Positions 10,359 to 23,192 of a stretch of DNA of 60,803 nucleotides are shown one piece after another. The number at the start of each line of letters is the position of its first letter. Position 1 is the first letter of the stretch. The DNA lies in contig RSEE01000095.1 of the NCBI GenBank assembly GCA_003971905.1, forward strand, positions 186,001 to 246,803, read 5' to 3'. The notes under the pieces were generated by a model. It was not told where the DNA came from. It ran no database searches and worked only from the letters and a program-made list of their open reading frames with translations. The translations under genes and the position numbers were made by a program. Source of the DNA: Moniliella sp. 'wahieum' (Eukaryota).

Positions 10359-13300
10359 ATGCTGGGCATCTCCAAGTCCGGCGGCATCGATACCGAGCTG
10401 CTCGACAACCTCATCCTCGCCGAGCGCAAGCTCGCCAGCACCCTTTCCCATGCCCACGCCGCCGCCGACGCCAGCTCCCTCGCCACCTCGGCCTGGGCCG
10501 CCCCCGAGGGTCCCGCGTCGCAGCACACGGCGGCAGTACTGACCGCCGCCCTCCAGGCTTCTTCCTCTGCCCTCGCTTCCTACGCCTCCTCCGTCGGCAC
10601 CTTTGCCGCCGAGCTCGAGAGCCTCATCGCCAAGGAGGCCGCTGTCGGCGAGGTGGCCCGCGACCGCGACATCCTCGTCTCCCGCATGGTCCGCCTCACC
10701 AAGAAAAAGACCAAGCCCGGACACGAGGCGCAGCAACTCCAGAACATGGCTGACGTCCAGCACGAGCTCGCTGCCTGCGAGGCCGTCCTTGTGTCCGAGC
10801 AGAATGCTCTCTCTCTCGCCCGCCGCCAGCTGCTGACGCAACATGCTCGCACCCGTCTCACCACCCTTGTCCAGGCCACCTCGGCCTCTCACCAGTCCGC
10901 TCTTGACGCCCTGCACCAGCTGGATGGGCTCGACACTGCGGGTACGTAGTTGCCTTTTTGCACTCTGTCTTCTGCCACCTCCTGACCTCGTTTTTTTTTG
11001 TTCCAGGCCAACCAACAGAACAGCCTGCGGAAGCTGCCGCGGAGCAACCATCTACCAACGAGACCCAGGCGTCCGCCGTGCCAAACCCGAATCTGAACCC
11101 AGTGTTGAGCCAACCCCTGCTCTCAGTTCCGCTGTTCCCGCCGTGCAGGAGACGATTCCCGAGGCCGACGCGGTGGAGCCTGTCCCTGAAGCCGTACTGG
11201 ACGTCGAGACGCCCAGTGACGTGCCTGGTGAAAATGCAGCCGCTGCTGAGACCACAGTAGAGACCCGGGACCCTACTTCGGCCTCGTATGAGACTACTCA
11301 CGAACCTTCTCCCTATGAGACGGCCGAAATCGGGGTCGTAGCCCCAACCGCGACCGAACAGACGCCGGTAGGCGAGCAGCTGAGCACCGCAGCCGAAGCC
11401 GCTCCCGAGTTGGCCACGGAACGTTTGGCCGAGCCTGCTTTCATTGCGCCTCCTTCTGGCCTGGGGCAAGAGCAATCGCTCGCGCCTCCTTCTGGCCTGG
11501 GGCAAGAGCAATCGCTCGCGCCTCCTACCACGGCTGAGGAATACATTACTCTCGACTGAAGAAGTGGAGGAGCCAGTGGCGGACGAGTACGAGGGCTACT
11601 CTTCCTCCGACCCGGATGCCGAAGCCGAAGTGCACCAAGGCACTTACGCTACCGAGGCCGCCCAGCGCACGGCGCAATACAATGCCCAGGCGGTCGCTAC
11701 GCCTCCTCATGGTAAGTATCTACCCGCGTCGTTGCAGACCGAGGCTCCTAGTGCACCCCGTACGCCCTCGCGCTCTGCCGCCGCCGCAGTGCAGCCTGCC
11801 CCCAACTCACAGCCCATCGAGGTCGGCCAGATGGCGCACTGGACACGGTGGGCCTTGCAGCGGACGCGGATGTGGCGCAGCGCTATGTTGCCACGCACGA
11901 TGCTGGCGATGCTGAGGAGGCACCTGCGCTGGAGAGGAAATCGTCCAAATTGGCCAAGCGCCTTTCGCTGCGTCGGAATGGCAGCAAATCAGGTTCTACC
12001 CCTGACAAGGCGGCCAAGCGTGCCAGTGGTGGTAGCTTTTTGCACCGCCTCAACTCGGTCCTCTTGACCGACATTGCTACTGCAGCAGGCGAAGCAGCCC
12101 ACGAAGATGGCTCGCCGCACGTGAAAGCAGAGAAGAGCGAGGTGGGCGAGGGCAAAGCGAGTGGTCTGCTGCGCTCCCTTTCGGCTCGCTCGCCCAAACG
12201 TCCTTCGAGCGCCCGCCCAACCTTGCCTCAGGGTGTCTTGTCGGACGATGAGGCAGAGGACGCTTCCCGAGCGCCTCCGCACGAATGGAAGACCCGGATC
12301 GATAAGCACGCCGCACGGGCGACCGACGATGGCGGGAGCCTGCGTAACCGCCACTCTATTCTTTCCTCGCGCCGGTTTGGCGTGGGCAATGGCAGCGACT
12401 CGGACGAGGCGTCGGAGGTGGTGGTGCACCACAATGACCCGACCCAAGCGTGGCCCAGCAAGGACGCCATCTTTGGTGGAGAACGCCCCTTCCTGCAGCA
12501 GCCCAGCGATGCGCCCCTCCCGACCCACAAGCGCAAGCCATCCAAGCGCTCTCACCGCTCGGCCCCGCCGCACGTGTCGACAGCCGTGCCCGCAGCTGCG
12601 TTGACCCACGGAGAAAGCAGTCCCGCTTCGACGACCCGCAAACGCCGCCGACGCCAGGCCAGGAGCCACACTCGCACCATAGCACCCTCTCCCGGCCGGC
12701 TCAAAAGACCCCTTGCCCCCACGAAGTCTACGTCCCTGGCGACGCTTCCGATTGGGTGGAAGCAGGAAAGCACGATTCGCTCGCCACGTCGGGCGTAGGT
12801 TCGGTCCCGGAGCCCTCTCGCCCGGGCGCCTCGGTCCGAGGTGGCTCAGTGCGCACCAGCTCGAAACGGACCGAGGGGGCCACGCTACGCATGACGTGTA
12901 CGTCCCTGGCGATGCGTCCGATTGGGTCCAGGCCGGCAAGCACGATAGTCTGGCTCGTGCCGGCAGTGGCTCGGTGCGGGGAACGACGGCCAGCCGCAAA
13001 AAGCCCTGAATGGCACGTTGCTGCCCGCCGAAAAGAATGGTCCGTCCAACTGGATCGCTCACCCGCAAGAGTACTGGACCGCCCAGGACCACGCTGCCCA
13101 CGCGGGCGTCGTCCCGCGCGGCCAGGGAGACCCCACATCGGAAAGCGCAGCGGCCGAGTGGAAGCACCACAAGAAACTCTACCGTCGCTCGGTGCGCGAC
13201 AAGCAGGCGGCGCAAGCGGCAACGTTGGCCGCCCAGCCACCTCCGGAGCCCGTGTGGAACCCGAACCGGAACCGGACCGGTGGCGCCGCCCAAGCAGTAC

Positions 13301-14195
13301 CTCGACCTCGATGCGCTCTACTCGGCGCCCGGTGGCCACTCGCCTCCCCCACCGAAGGTCGAGCCGGTTGCTGCGCCGCCCGATGCGTTGGCTGCCGCCG
13401 TCGCGGCTCCTCCTGGACTGGCGTTGCCGTACAGCAGCTCTGCCCTGGCGCCGTCTGCCCCGGCCGCCGCATTGGCTGCGCCGCCGGGCCCTGTGCTCCC
13501 CTCGGCCGAACAGCAAGCCAAGTTGACCAGCGCTGGCTCGGCAACGAGCTGGACGCGCCGACCAACACGGAGACCAAGCCCACGGCTCGGTCGATGCGTA
13601 CGGTGCGGACCAAGAGCAGCAAAAAGTCTCGTCGCACGTCGATACCACTGCCACGGCCGGTTCGCGCCCCACGGGAACAGGTACCGGCCACACGTACGAG
13701 GCGTTGCTCTACCCCCCTGGCGCTGGCACGGCCCCGACTGACGCGGGCAGTGTGCTGGGTCTCGTGCCCCACCCGGCCGCCGAGCCAGCACCAACGGGTG
13801 CCGTTCCAAGTGACCGCACCGGGCTCATCGTTGGCGTCTGGTGCGTATCCGCCTGGCGTGCCCAAGGCCCGTCGCACAGCGGCGAATGGGCACGCGCGTT
13901 GCTGCCCGCTCACCCACCCGGCCTTCAAGGGTAAGTCCAACGGTCGGAAGTGGTCGACGAGAATTGCGGGCCAGCCCCGGCCGGCTCAGCGCTCGGCTCG
14001 CAACGCGTTAGCGACACGGAAGATGAGCCGGACTACCGCCGTGCTCAAGATGAGTACGAGACGGCCACGTCGGCCTACCACGCTGCTCGGTCGCCCAAGT
14101 CGTCCGACTTGGCTTCGGTCGCATCGCGCATGCTCAATGTGGGGCGTGAGGTTGCCTATTTTGAAGAACGCTTCCTTTCCTTGCCTCCTCCTTGA
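10359..14195 (+). CDS. Pil1/Lsp1-like (eisosome-type BAR) N-terminal domain followed by a long disordered tail; 3' end approximate
   Basis: N-terminal helical domain LDNLILAERKL..SAWAAPE..LESLIAKEAAVGEVARDRDILVSRMVRLTKK..VQHELAACEAVL resembles basidiomycete Pil1-like BAR proteins. Intron donor GTACGT at 10942, CTGAC branch, acceptor near 11007. Then Pro/Ala/Ser/Glu-rich ORFs chained by frameshifts. Confidence 0.5.
11446..11526 (+). repeat. 36-bp perfect coding tandem duplication (APPSGLGQEQSL x2 plus partial)
   Basis: gcgcctccttctggcctggggcaagagcaatcgctc at 11446-11481 and 11482-11517, partial third copy. Confidence 0.95.
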
Positions 14196-14474
14196 CCCCT
14201 CCCCTTCTTCGTCCTTGTGATTCTCCTCTACCATCCTCCCTGTCAACTACTATCCTCCTTGGCCGTCGTCGGCCTCGCGCTCCTCTTCTCCTCGCTCGTT
14301 GCCTGTCTTTCTGTTCTTTTCTGTGTCCTTGTTTTGTTCCCCTTGTTCTGTTCTATGTCGCTGCTTGACGTGATTGCTTGCACCTTTGTGGAGATGGAAG
14401 CCCTTTCTCCCGTGTACTGCCGCTTGATTCCGATTTTTATTTTGGTTGTTCGCTGTTGTTTCGTGTTTGCAGAC

Positions 14475-17400
14475 CTAATTAGGGACAGAGGGGGACAAAG
14501 CGTTGGCGTCGTCGCGTCAGCGTCGTCATCGTCGTCCGACACCACGTGGCCATGGGCACGGAGGATGGGTTTGGTGGCAGCACGCTTCATCGTCAGTTCC
14601 TCGAGCAACACGAGTAATCCTCATTTTCCTGCCGCACCGTCGCCAGCCGATCGGGCGCGGGCTCAGATAGCGCATCCACCTTGGCCTGCAGCGTGGCTAC
14701 CAGGTGCGTCAAGCGCGCCCTCGGCGCATCCCCGGCAGGCGGCACCAGCAGTTGGTCCAATGACCAATGCTGGACTTCACTGGCACCTTGTTCCTTAGCT
14801 GCCGCTTCTAGCGCCGCCGCACGCCGATCACTTTGTCGTTGCCCCGCCCGGCACGGGCATCTGCGCGTGCGGCCTTGCGTGCGCGCTTGGCCATCACCCG
14901 TGCGGTCCGCTGCCGTGCGGCAAGCGCCTGACGTAGTCCGCAATCGCCTGCCCGGCATGTTCTTCCGCTTGGTCGTACGCTTGGAGCGCTTCTTGGTGCG
15001 TTTGCTCCGCCTCGGCGCGTTCGGTATCGGTACGCACGGTGGCCCGGTCCAGTTTGCCCGTTGCATCCTTTTGCTGGACAAGGCAGGCGGACAAACTGAC
15101 GCGCTCGATCGCCTGCGAACGCTCCGTCGTTGCCCACCAGCGTACGAGCTTCCCATCTCGGCAGGCCCAGCAACGATGTTTCCGCTGCCACTGTGGAGAT
15201 CGGTCAGGTGGTTAGTCGTCGTGTGGGCATGCGGGGAAAAGGGGGGGGAAGGGGACATACAGTGCGTCTGGTCCAGGAACCGAGTAAATGTGTCCTGCGC
15301 AAATAGCGGCATCGCGTCGGCGTCCTCTTCGTCCGTCGCGTCGGAGCGGGACGGTGAGGTTACGAATGAGCCAAGGCGTCTCGGTCGCAGCGGGCGCAGC
15401 AGCCAGGAGGGGCTGGCGTTGCGCGACTCAAGCCGTGCGCCGCACGGTCCCACTCGTACACCGCCGCCAAAAGGAACGACGCCAGACCAGCCAGACGCGC
15501 CACGCCAGCGGAGCGGCCGGTGCCTGGGCCGCTGCCGCGGGCGTCACGAGATCGCCAGGGCAACAGTGCATGCACATTCTCGCTTTCTCGCAACACCATC
15601 CCCGCTGCTGCGGGCGACGCCCACACCCACATGCTCAACAGCGACAAAGCGCTTCTGCCGTCCTGCCCACCGGCTCGAGACTAGCAGCTTCCGAAAGTGC
15701 TCCGGTACCGCGCCCACCCGCGCAAGACAGCGCGTCGCACGCGCTGCAACGACCTGCAATAACGGTTCTCGCGGATCATCGTCATCATCCTCCTCTCTTC
15801 CTCCTCTACTTGTCCATTCTCCCCTGATCCGGCACCGCCCTCGCCGCCTGGCCCGGCGCTGGGCTCTTGGTGGACCAGGCACGACCAAGGGCCGCATACA
15901 TACTTGCCCATTCAGGTCAAATGCCACCTCCAGCGCCGCCTGCTTGGTGCGCGCCACCGACCCTACTGCCTCCACGGCACTTCTCCTGCTGCAGGGGAAT
16001 GAGTGTGGCGAAAAGAGCAGCAGCGCTGGCGGCCGCTGCAGATACCGCCCCATCATCCTCGGCTGCCGTCTCACGCGGTGGAGGCCCCACCAACGCACCC
16101 AGCAGTGGCCCGCCAGCATCTCAGCCTTGGCCCGCTCGGGGGTATGATGGGCATGGGCAGGGGCGAGCGTGGCCGCAGGCGGCGGCACAGCTCCTCCCCC
16201 TTCGAGCCGGTCGGGTTGGTTTCGACGGTCGCTAGGGGTGGAGGAGCCACCATTTCAATTGGGAGGGAGCAAGGCGGAGAGGACAGCGAGCTTGGCGTGG
16301 GTGGTGTTGAGCATGGTAGCAATCGCCTGGGACGCCGCGGCTCGCAGCGGTCGATCGGCCTTACGAGCAGCGCGGTCCGCCTGCCTCTGCGCCCGTTCGG
16401 TCCCTTCCCGATCCGCCGCGTCCGCATCTGCCGTCTCGGCCGCGGCCAAGGCACGGAGCTCAGGAAGCACCTCGGCAAATGTTTTCTCGCCCGCCCACGT
16501 TCGCGTCAGCGGGTCACCGGCCAGCGCCAAATCCGCCAACGCTGCCGGTACGGGGCGTGGTGGCGTCCGCAGTGCTCCCTGGGGTGGGGGGCCGGAAGCA
16601 AAGGCGAAACAAAGGTATTGTACAGCGCATCTTCAATGAAGGTGAGCTCCCACGACCTGGTAGCCGCTACGCGCGTATGCTCGTTCGCTACCAACCCACC
16701 GATCGTGGTGAGTGCCACGGCACGATTGATGCCGGGGCCGTACTGGCACATGCCAAGTTGGCACACAGGCCACCATCCCACCCGACACAAGCGCTGCCGC
16801 GGTCGTGCCGCTGGGATCGGCGTCGGGCTTGCAGAGCGCCTCGGCAATAGTCAATACCAGTGCAACGTTGTTCTCTTTGCGCTGGGCCAGGCGGGGCGTA
16901 TCGGGCCAAGGTTGATAGGCGAACGCATCGAGGCGCAGTGGGTCGGTCATTGCCGTCGCGGGAGGGAAGAAGAGCAAGGGGGGAAGAAGGACGATGGCAC
17001 CCGTTTCGCGGAAATAGGTACCGTTGCTCGCCGCCGCATCGTCTTGCAGTAAAGCCAAGATGCACGTCAAGGCCAGACGACTCGTCTGCCCGCCCTCCAC
17101 CCGCCCAGCACGTGCAATCACATCGAGCAGCGCCTCAAAGGACCCTCCAAAGGCGACCAGCTTGGCTAGCTCGGCTGAGCCAGTAACAAGGTCCGGCAAT
17201 AGGGCCAGAACGACAGCACGGATTTGCAGGTCAGGAAGGCCCGGGTGATCAAGGAGCGGATCCAGGTCCTCCTCCTCCTCTGTGGGTGCCGGCGCATCGC
17301 CCCCCTGTGCAATGGCCAGGGTGAGGTGCTCCACCACTTCCCCGCACCCACCTGGGCGGACAAGACATGGGATTGGACCGCGGGGCCGTGGGCACGGAGC

Positions 17401-18148
17401 ATGCGAGCTAGGAGGCGCAGGGCAGAGAGACGAGTGTACACGGCGCGTTGCGGGGACAAGAGCGTCAGAAGGGCATGGGTCGTATCAGGGGCATGAGCCA
17501 GCGCATCCAGCACATACGTCGCCATCGCCTCGTCGGCTGGAGACGGCATCGCATCGTCGGGATTGGCGGCGACGGCGGCGCCAGACCTGCATTCGCAGCC
17601 GAAGGCGGCGGAGCGGAAGCAGCCGAGGCAGCGGCAGCTTCGGCAGCCTCGCGTGCCGCTGCTACCGCATAGGTCCGAGCGTCGGCCAGAGCACCAAAAA
17701 TGTCAGTAATCATCTGCGCTGCCTCGTCCTCCGCAATACTCGGACGATAGCCCCCCGTGTCGGCCGGGCGGGCGTTCAGGAGCGCATGGGCACGAGACGA
17801 CAGCGCCGATGCACGCAGCAGCGCATCGAGGGGGCGCGCGGTGCCCTCGACGACCTGGCGCGGATGGGAACGGAGGGCAGCTTGGATGCCGGCAAGCGGG
17901 ACGCGCGCGTCGGCGAGAAGCGAGGCAATCTCCGTACCCGCCAGGGCAGCTGCCTGCGCGGCCTGATCAGCCTCGGCGGGAGAAGCGGTGGTGGGGGGCG
18001 GGCGGACGCGGGTGGCGAGCTGTGCGAGGTGGGACTCGGCGGGAAGCTCGTCGGCGAGGGATTGGAGATGGGCGAGCGCGGCCTGGGCGGCCTGGGCACG
18101 GCTGAGGGCGCCCCACTTGCGCCCAACCCACGCGGCGGTGGCGAGCAT
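14475..18148 (-). CDS. USO1: Uso1/p115 ER-Golgi vesicle tether (several frameshifts; 3' end approximate)
   Basis: Head-domain motifs YTRLSALRLL, KLVAFGGSFEALLDVIARAGRVEGG, SNGTYFRETGAIVLLPPLLFFP, DAFAYQPW. C-terminal RQENED..LLEELTMKR..GHVVSDDDDD acidic tail. Intron about 15191-15260 (GTATGT..CTAAC..CAG on minus). Confidence 0.8.
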
Positions 18149-18821
18149 GCTAGCTGGCCGGGATGGGGGTCTGGGTGAGCGTGTAGCGGCGTGGCGCCGC
18201 GCGGAGCAGCCCAAGCACACCAGCACAACCCTACTGCTTGCTTCCACGCCTGGTGGGGTTAAATACCCGTGGGAAGCGGTCGCTCTTCCGCCTATTACCG
18301 CTGTGCCCATTTGTCCCAACGACTCAAGGGTTGGTAAGTTAATACAAGACAGGGCTATATGGGGTCACAAAAGGATGAATCGGACAAAGAGTCTTCAGGC
18401 CTAGAACAGACCAACTAACGGAACAAGGAAAACGGTTCAAAACCATGGAAGCAAAAGTTCCAAAGAACAAACAAAACGCAAAGAAAAAAGGAAACAAGGG
18501 AAACGGGGCAGGAAAAAGGACAACGCCGGGAAAGTTCTTCCTCATCAACGAGGAACGAAACGCGAGAGAGGAAACCCTCGCGAAAAGAACAAGCCCGTTA
18601 CAAAAAGTATAGGAAGCTCAACTCGGAGCTCTTCTTGTCCCACACCCACGCCTGCTGTTGTCGGTCGAAGGCCTCCTTTTCTTCCTCCGCGAGACAAACA
18701 GATGGGCTCCAAAAAAAGAGAATTGTGCAGAGGACGAAGGCGGGACCCAAACGACATAAGCTGGACTTAGAGTGGGGTGCGGTAAACACGTAATCCGGAC
18801 CGTGGCGAGCAGGCCAGCGAT

Positions 18822-20616
18822 TCACTGTTGACGGTATTCACTGTCGAAGGGCAGTGGGATCGGTAGTTCAAATTGCTCCATTTTGATGGCATAAGGGTCC
18901 ACAAACGGGACCGCCAAGTCGTCAAAGTCAGGGTACATGCTCCTGGTACACGTACGCCCGGGAAAAGCAGAAAGTGTGGCCCGCGCTTTCTTCCTTGCAA
19001 TCTCCCATAGCTGCTGTTTGGTGGCGGGCTTGGTGGCGGTCATCTTCAATAGATCCCCCAAATCGGTCCAGTTTCTTTTAGTGTGTTGGGCTTGGCCAGC
19101 TGCAGCAATCCGACGGTTTCTTGCCGTGGACCCGGAACTGGTGGTGCCATGTGCGTCCACTTTGCGAGCAGAACCAGTGGCGCCATCGCCACCGGCTTTA
19201 CCTTGACCGCCACGATCCTCGATACCAGCCTTTTTCTTGTATCTAGGCATCTCTTCCTGCATGATATGCAGAAATTGGTACTTGACAACGGTATCAAAGC
19301 ACATCGCGGGCTTGCTCCTTGAGGGAGGTAAAACTTTGGTCAAGCTGACCCACTCCCGATAGACAAGCTCGAAGGGTGTGCATTTCTCATGAAACTTAAG
19401 CCAAGGTTAATGAAGGCTTTGGAGAAGCTAGTCCAGCGAGGAAAGGCAGTAACGTACAATTTGAGAAGCGACCTTGTGACGCATACCGTCCCAAATTGGT
19501 CCCACGCTGTTCCGGAGAACTGCTGATATGGTCCTGCGTGGAACTTCATCCAAGGCGCTCTGCTGAAACAATGTACTGTCCTTGATATTTTTGTAGGTCC
19601 AGCTCCAAAGTTCGTTGTTGGTGGTAATGGGACTCTTGGGATGGAGGAAAGCCCAGCGGGCAAGAACTCCGACATAGTTCTTCACATGCATATTAGCTGG
19701 ATCCTGGATGGAGGAGAGGTGCAAGATAGAGGCAACTCTGTGGAACGTACCTTGTTTTTCGTGAACACCACATCAGGGTAGTTAGGTTGCGCACGCATAG
19801 CCCGTATGAAGGTGTCCTCATAGGACCTGTACATATCATGCATGTAGACGATGGAGGCGAGAAGAGCTTGGTCCACCGGGCTAATCTTACTCGGGTCGGT
19901 AAGATCTTCCACCCGTGGCAGCGGAATTCCACGATAAGTCTTCACTTCGTGGGCGTTCTCGCGAGCACGCGTCGTTGGACCTGGGGGTACTGCACCCCGG
20001 TTTGGCATTTCAGTATCATGATCAAGATGGTCTGCCTGGACGGCTGAATCGTCAGAGCAAATGTCGTCCGTATCATCCATATCCGATCCAACGCTGCAAT
20101 AGCTGCTGAGGGAAGAGTCGTCGCTTTCCATTGCATCCCATTCCGGAGCCCAACTTTGACTGGGGTGCTCATCAGCCACGCTTTGCGCCAAACGCTGACC
20201 AACAGGAAGATGGGGTTCTTCAGAAGTCTTCTTCCAACCTTTGACATCGTTCGATGGCTGTTGGGGTTCTGAGGAAACCGATTCCCGGGGTTCCCGCTTA
20301 ACGGTGATGCCGGTAGCCTCCTGGTGGTCATGGCGTGGTGCAGCCTCGCATTTTCGTAAATGCAAGGTGCAATAAAATGGTCCAAAGCCGGCTGGTAACT
20401 CTTCGGCTGCCCACCACAAACGAGGCACTTGTAGGCCCACCTTGACCCGCCGTTCTCGTTTCCGCGATGTGCTTCCATCACTTGCCACACTTGGCGCTGT
20501 GGTCTGCCCGCCCTCTGGAAACGTTCACGATCGCCGTCTTCCAGCTCCTTGAGGCGTTCTGCAACCTGCTGGGGAAGATGCCTACCGGAACGAATCGCAC
20601 TCCACTGGGTGGGCAT
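18822..20616 (-). CDS. Hypothetical protein with possible C2HC zinc finger and acidic tract (frameshifted, possibly spliced)
   Basis: Chained minus ORFs 19942-20616, 19682-20488, 19428-19724 and 18822-19343. YKCLVC-x12-H-x4-C at 20362-20427; acidic DSDMDDTDD-like tract. Confidence 0.35.
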
Positions 20617-23192
20617 GTTGGATGGAGGTGCAAAAAGTCGACAGCGAGGTAGATGGAAGGAGAGTGCAGCTGTCGCTACAGGTATGGTCTGCCAGCTTTC
20701 ACAAGCGCGGAAGAGTCAAACGCGAACCATCAAAACGCGGAACCATGGAAGGGCCAACTCGTGGGCCCACGCATGAGTCGCGTCCGTCAACCGCGTCCAA
20801 ACGCGCCCAAAAATGGGTACAGAGAAAAAAATTGGAGCAAACGCGGCGCGTGGCAATGCGTTACGTAACGCGTAGAGCGCGTCGCGCGCTTGGGCTCAAA
20901 ACGTGAAAAGAAATGCCAGGAAATTGGCGGATACACGAGTAGTAAAGATATGTTTTTTGAACCACATCCACTCTCCCTCATCGACCATCGCTCATTCAGC
21001 CTCTATTGCCCCTTCTCCACATCCTTCGTTACCGGTTGGTTACCCTGCCTCAGTTCGCTCACCGTGGTCAACCCCAAGCGGCTACACAGTGATATGCTTT
21101 TGCCGCTGCTTCTTGTAGTTCCATCCCGTCGGCTCCATAGCGTATAGTGATAGAGATGCGCGTCCCTGACCAGCTACAGGAGACTATTGAGGACGCCATA
21201 TGCGCCCGCATCCCATTCGTGCCATTGTAGCAGCAGAGCAAGAGTGTTCGGGCCGTCGGTCCCGTACAAAAATGTTTGAGCGGCTGCTGCCCGGGCATCC
21301 GCCTCAGATGGGAGTCCTGAACCGTCGCTTGTCTCAGCAGTACCAATCCCGTCCTCATCCGACGCGCAGAGACGAGATATCTGCGGTTTAAGCCCGTGGC
21401 GGTCACTATAACCGACTCCAGCTCGACGCGAAAACGCATTTGTGGCTGTCCCCGATGAAAACAGGGTGCAAAAACACTTGTCATAGTTTGGCTGATCTCG
21501 CTCCCATATTGCCAATTTCTTCGTCTCGAGCGTCTCGCACTTTCCCTGCTTCTTCCACTGCGCGCCATGTCCTCTGCTCTTGCTTCTTCCCCACAGACGA
21601 TTGCTACACCCCTTTTGGCCTCGTCTCGATTTCGTCGTCTCCCTCGTCTTAACCCCGATTCTGTGGTTTCCCTCACCTTAATCCCGACTGTGACAGCGCT
21701 TGTCATGCTATTTTTCTGCAAATCTCCGTTTCTGCACTTTCCGTCCTCACATGTGACAAGTGATTAGTGACATGTGAAAAGTGACATGCGAGCGCTAAGC
21801 GCTTAGCGCTGATCGCACCGTTTCTTCGGCCCGTACGGCACAGAAGAAGGTTTGAGGCGTAGGGCGCACTCCAAAAGTTGGCTGTATACTTCTCATATCC
21901 ATCCTATCCAACTCTCGAAGATGAGAAAGAGGCCACCAATGCGCGAAAAAGGGGACGGGATTGTTTTTGATCGCGATCATCTCTCGGCCCACACCATACG
22001 CGCGGGCCAGGCGATATACTCCGGTCTAAGCACCTCCTCTACCCCCTACTGGCATTCCCAAAGGGGGATGCAGAGAAGCAGCCAGTTGGCACTTTCAAAG
22101 CATGAAGAGCGTGAATCCGTGGGAGCAGTGACTGGCTAGCACACAGAGAGGAAACCACGGAAGAGTGAGGAGGCGCCCGTTACTACTAGTTACTACAACC
22201 CCCCAGTGCAAATCATGCTGCGGCGTGTGACACTATGGGATCCCATATCCATCTAGCTGTGGAATTTCACAGTTGATCAAGCACAGGGAGTCTTTCGATG
22301 TTGACCGCTGCTAAGTTGCCAGCCGGAGGACTGAGTCTATAATGCTAGCGTATGGAAGGGATGTCGAAGCGAGGATGACATATGCATAATGATGGCATGT
22401 GACATGATGACAAAAGATGTGACAATAGGAAGAACACCATATCATTAAAGCGTCATATATCATACAAGCGAGATTTTAGCCACAGAGAATGGTACCCCTG
22501 AATAGGCAGTAAAACCGAGCTATAGGGGAAAGGAGGAACTAGCGGTCGTTTTGCTTTCTGATGTATCGCTTTCTTGTTGAGCAACAAGCATAATATCATC
22601 AGGACATGTATCCAGGAGCTTCTAGGGCACCGTTCACAGACATCACGCCCCACCCTAATAGGGTTAGGGCCATGTTCAACGGTGAAGTTCACCTGTAACG
22701 TGCGCATCTAAACACAAGTGGAGAAAGAATACAGCACGGGGGAAGCGAGGTGTTTTCAGTTGCCGGAGAGACGAGCATCGCGACTCTGGCACATGGAACA
22801 TCAAACATATGTAAACTCGTCTTTCCTGGCTTACTTTGGTATCGAGGAGTTTTAGACGATAAGAGGTGTGTTATTGAGGCCATAGAGTCTGCTACAGCCC
22901 CCTATGGGTCATGAAAACTACATATGGTAGCTCAAGATGTCTTGCGCCGGTGCGATCTGTAACCTTTGCCCCTGAAACCTGGGAAAAGATTGCTTTAGGA
23001 GACGGTGAAGATCCAATCACGGCACGAACCCCATTTGGAACTTCATTAAAACTAGACAAAAGAAAACGAAGAGAGTAGTTTAGACCACGTCCATTTCATT
23101 GACAGAGCTAAGGCTGGTGGGACAGGGGGAACGCTACGTCTAGACCTAACCGTTCATCTTGCGGGGGTTACTTGGAAGCGCCACCAAGGTTA

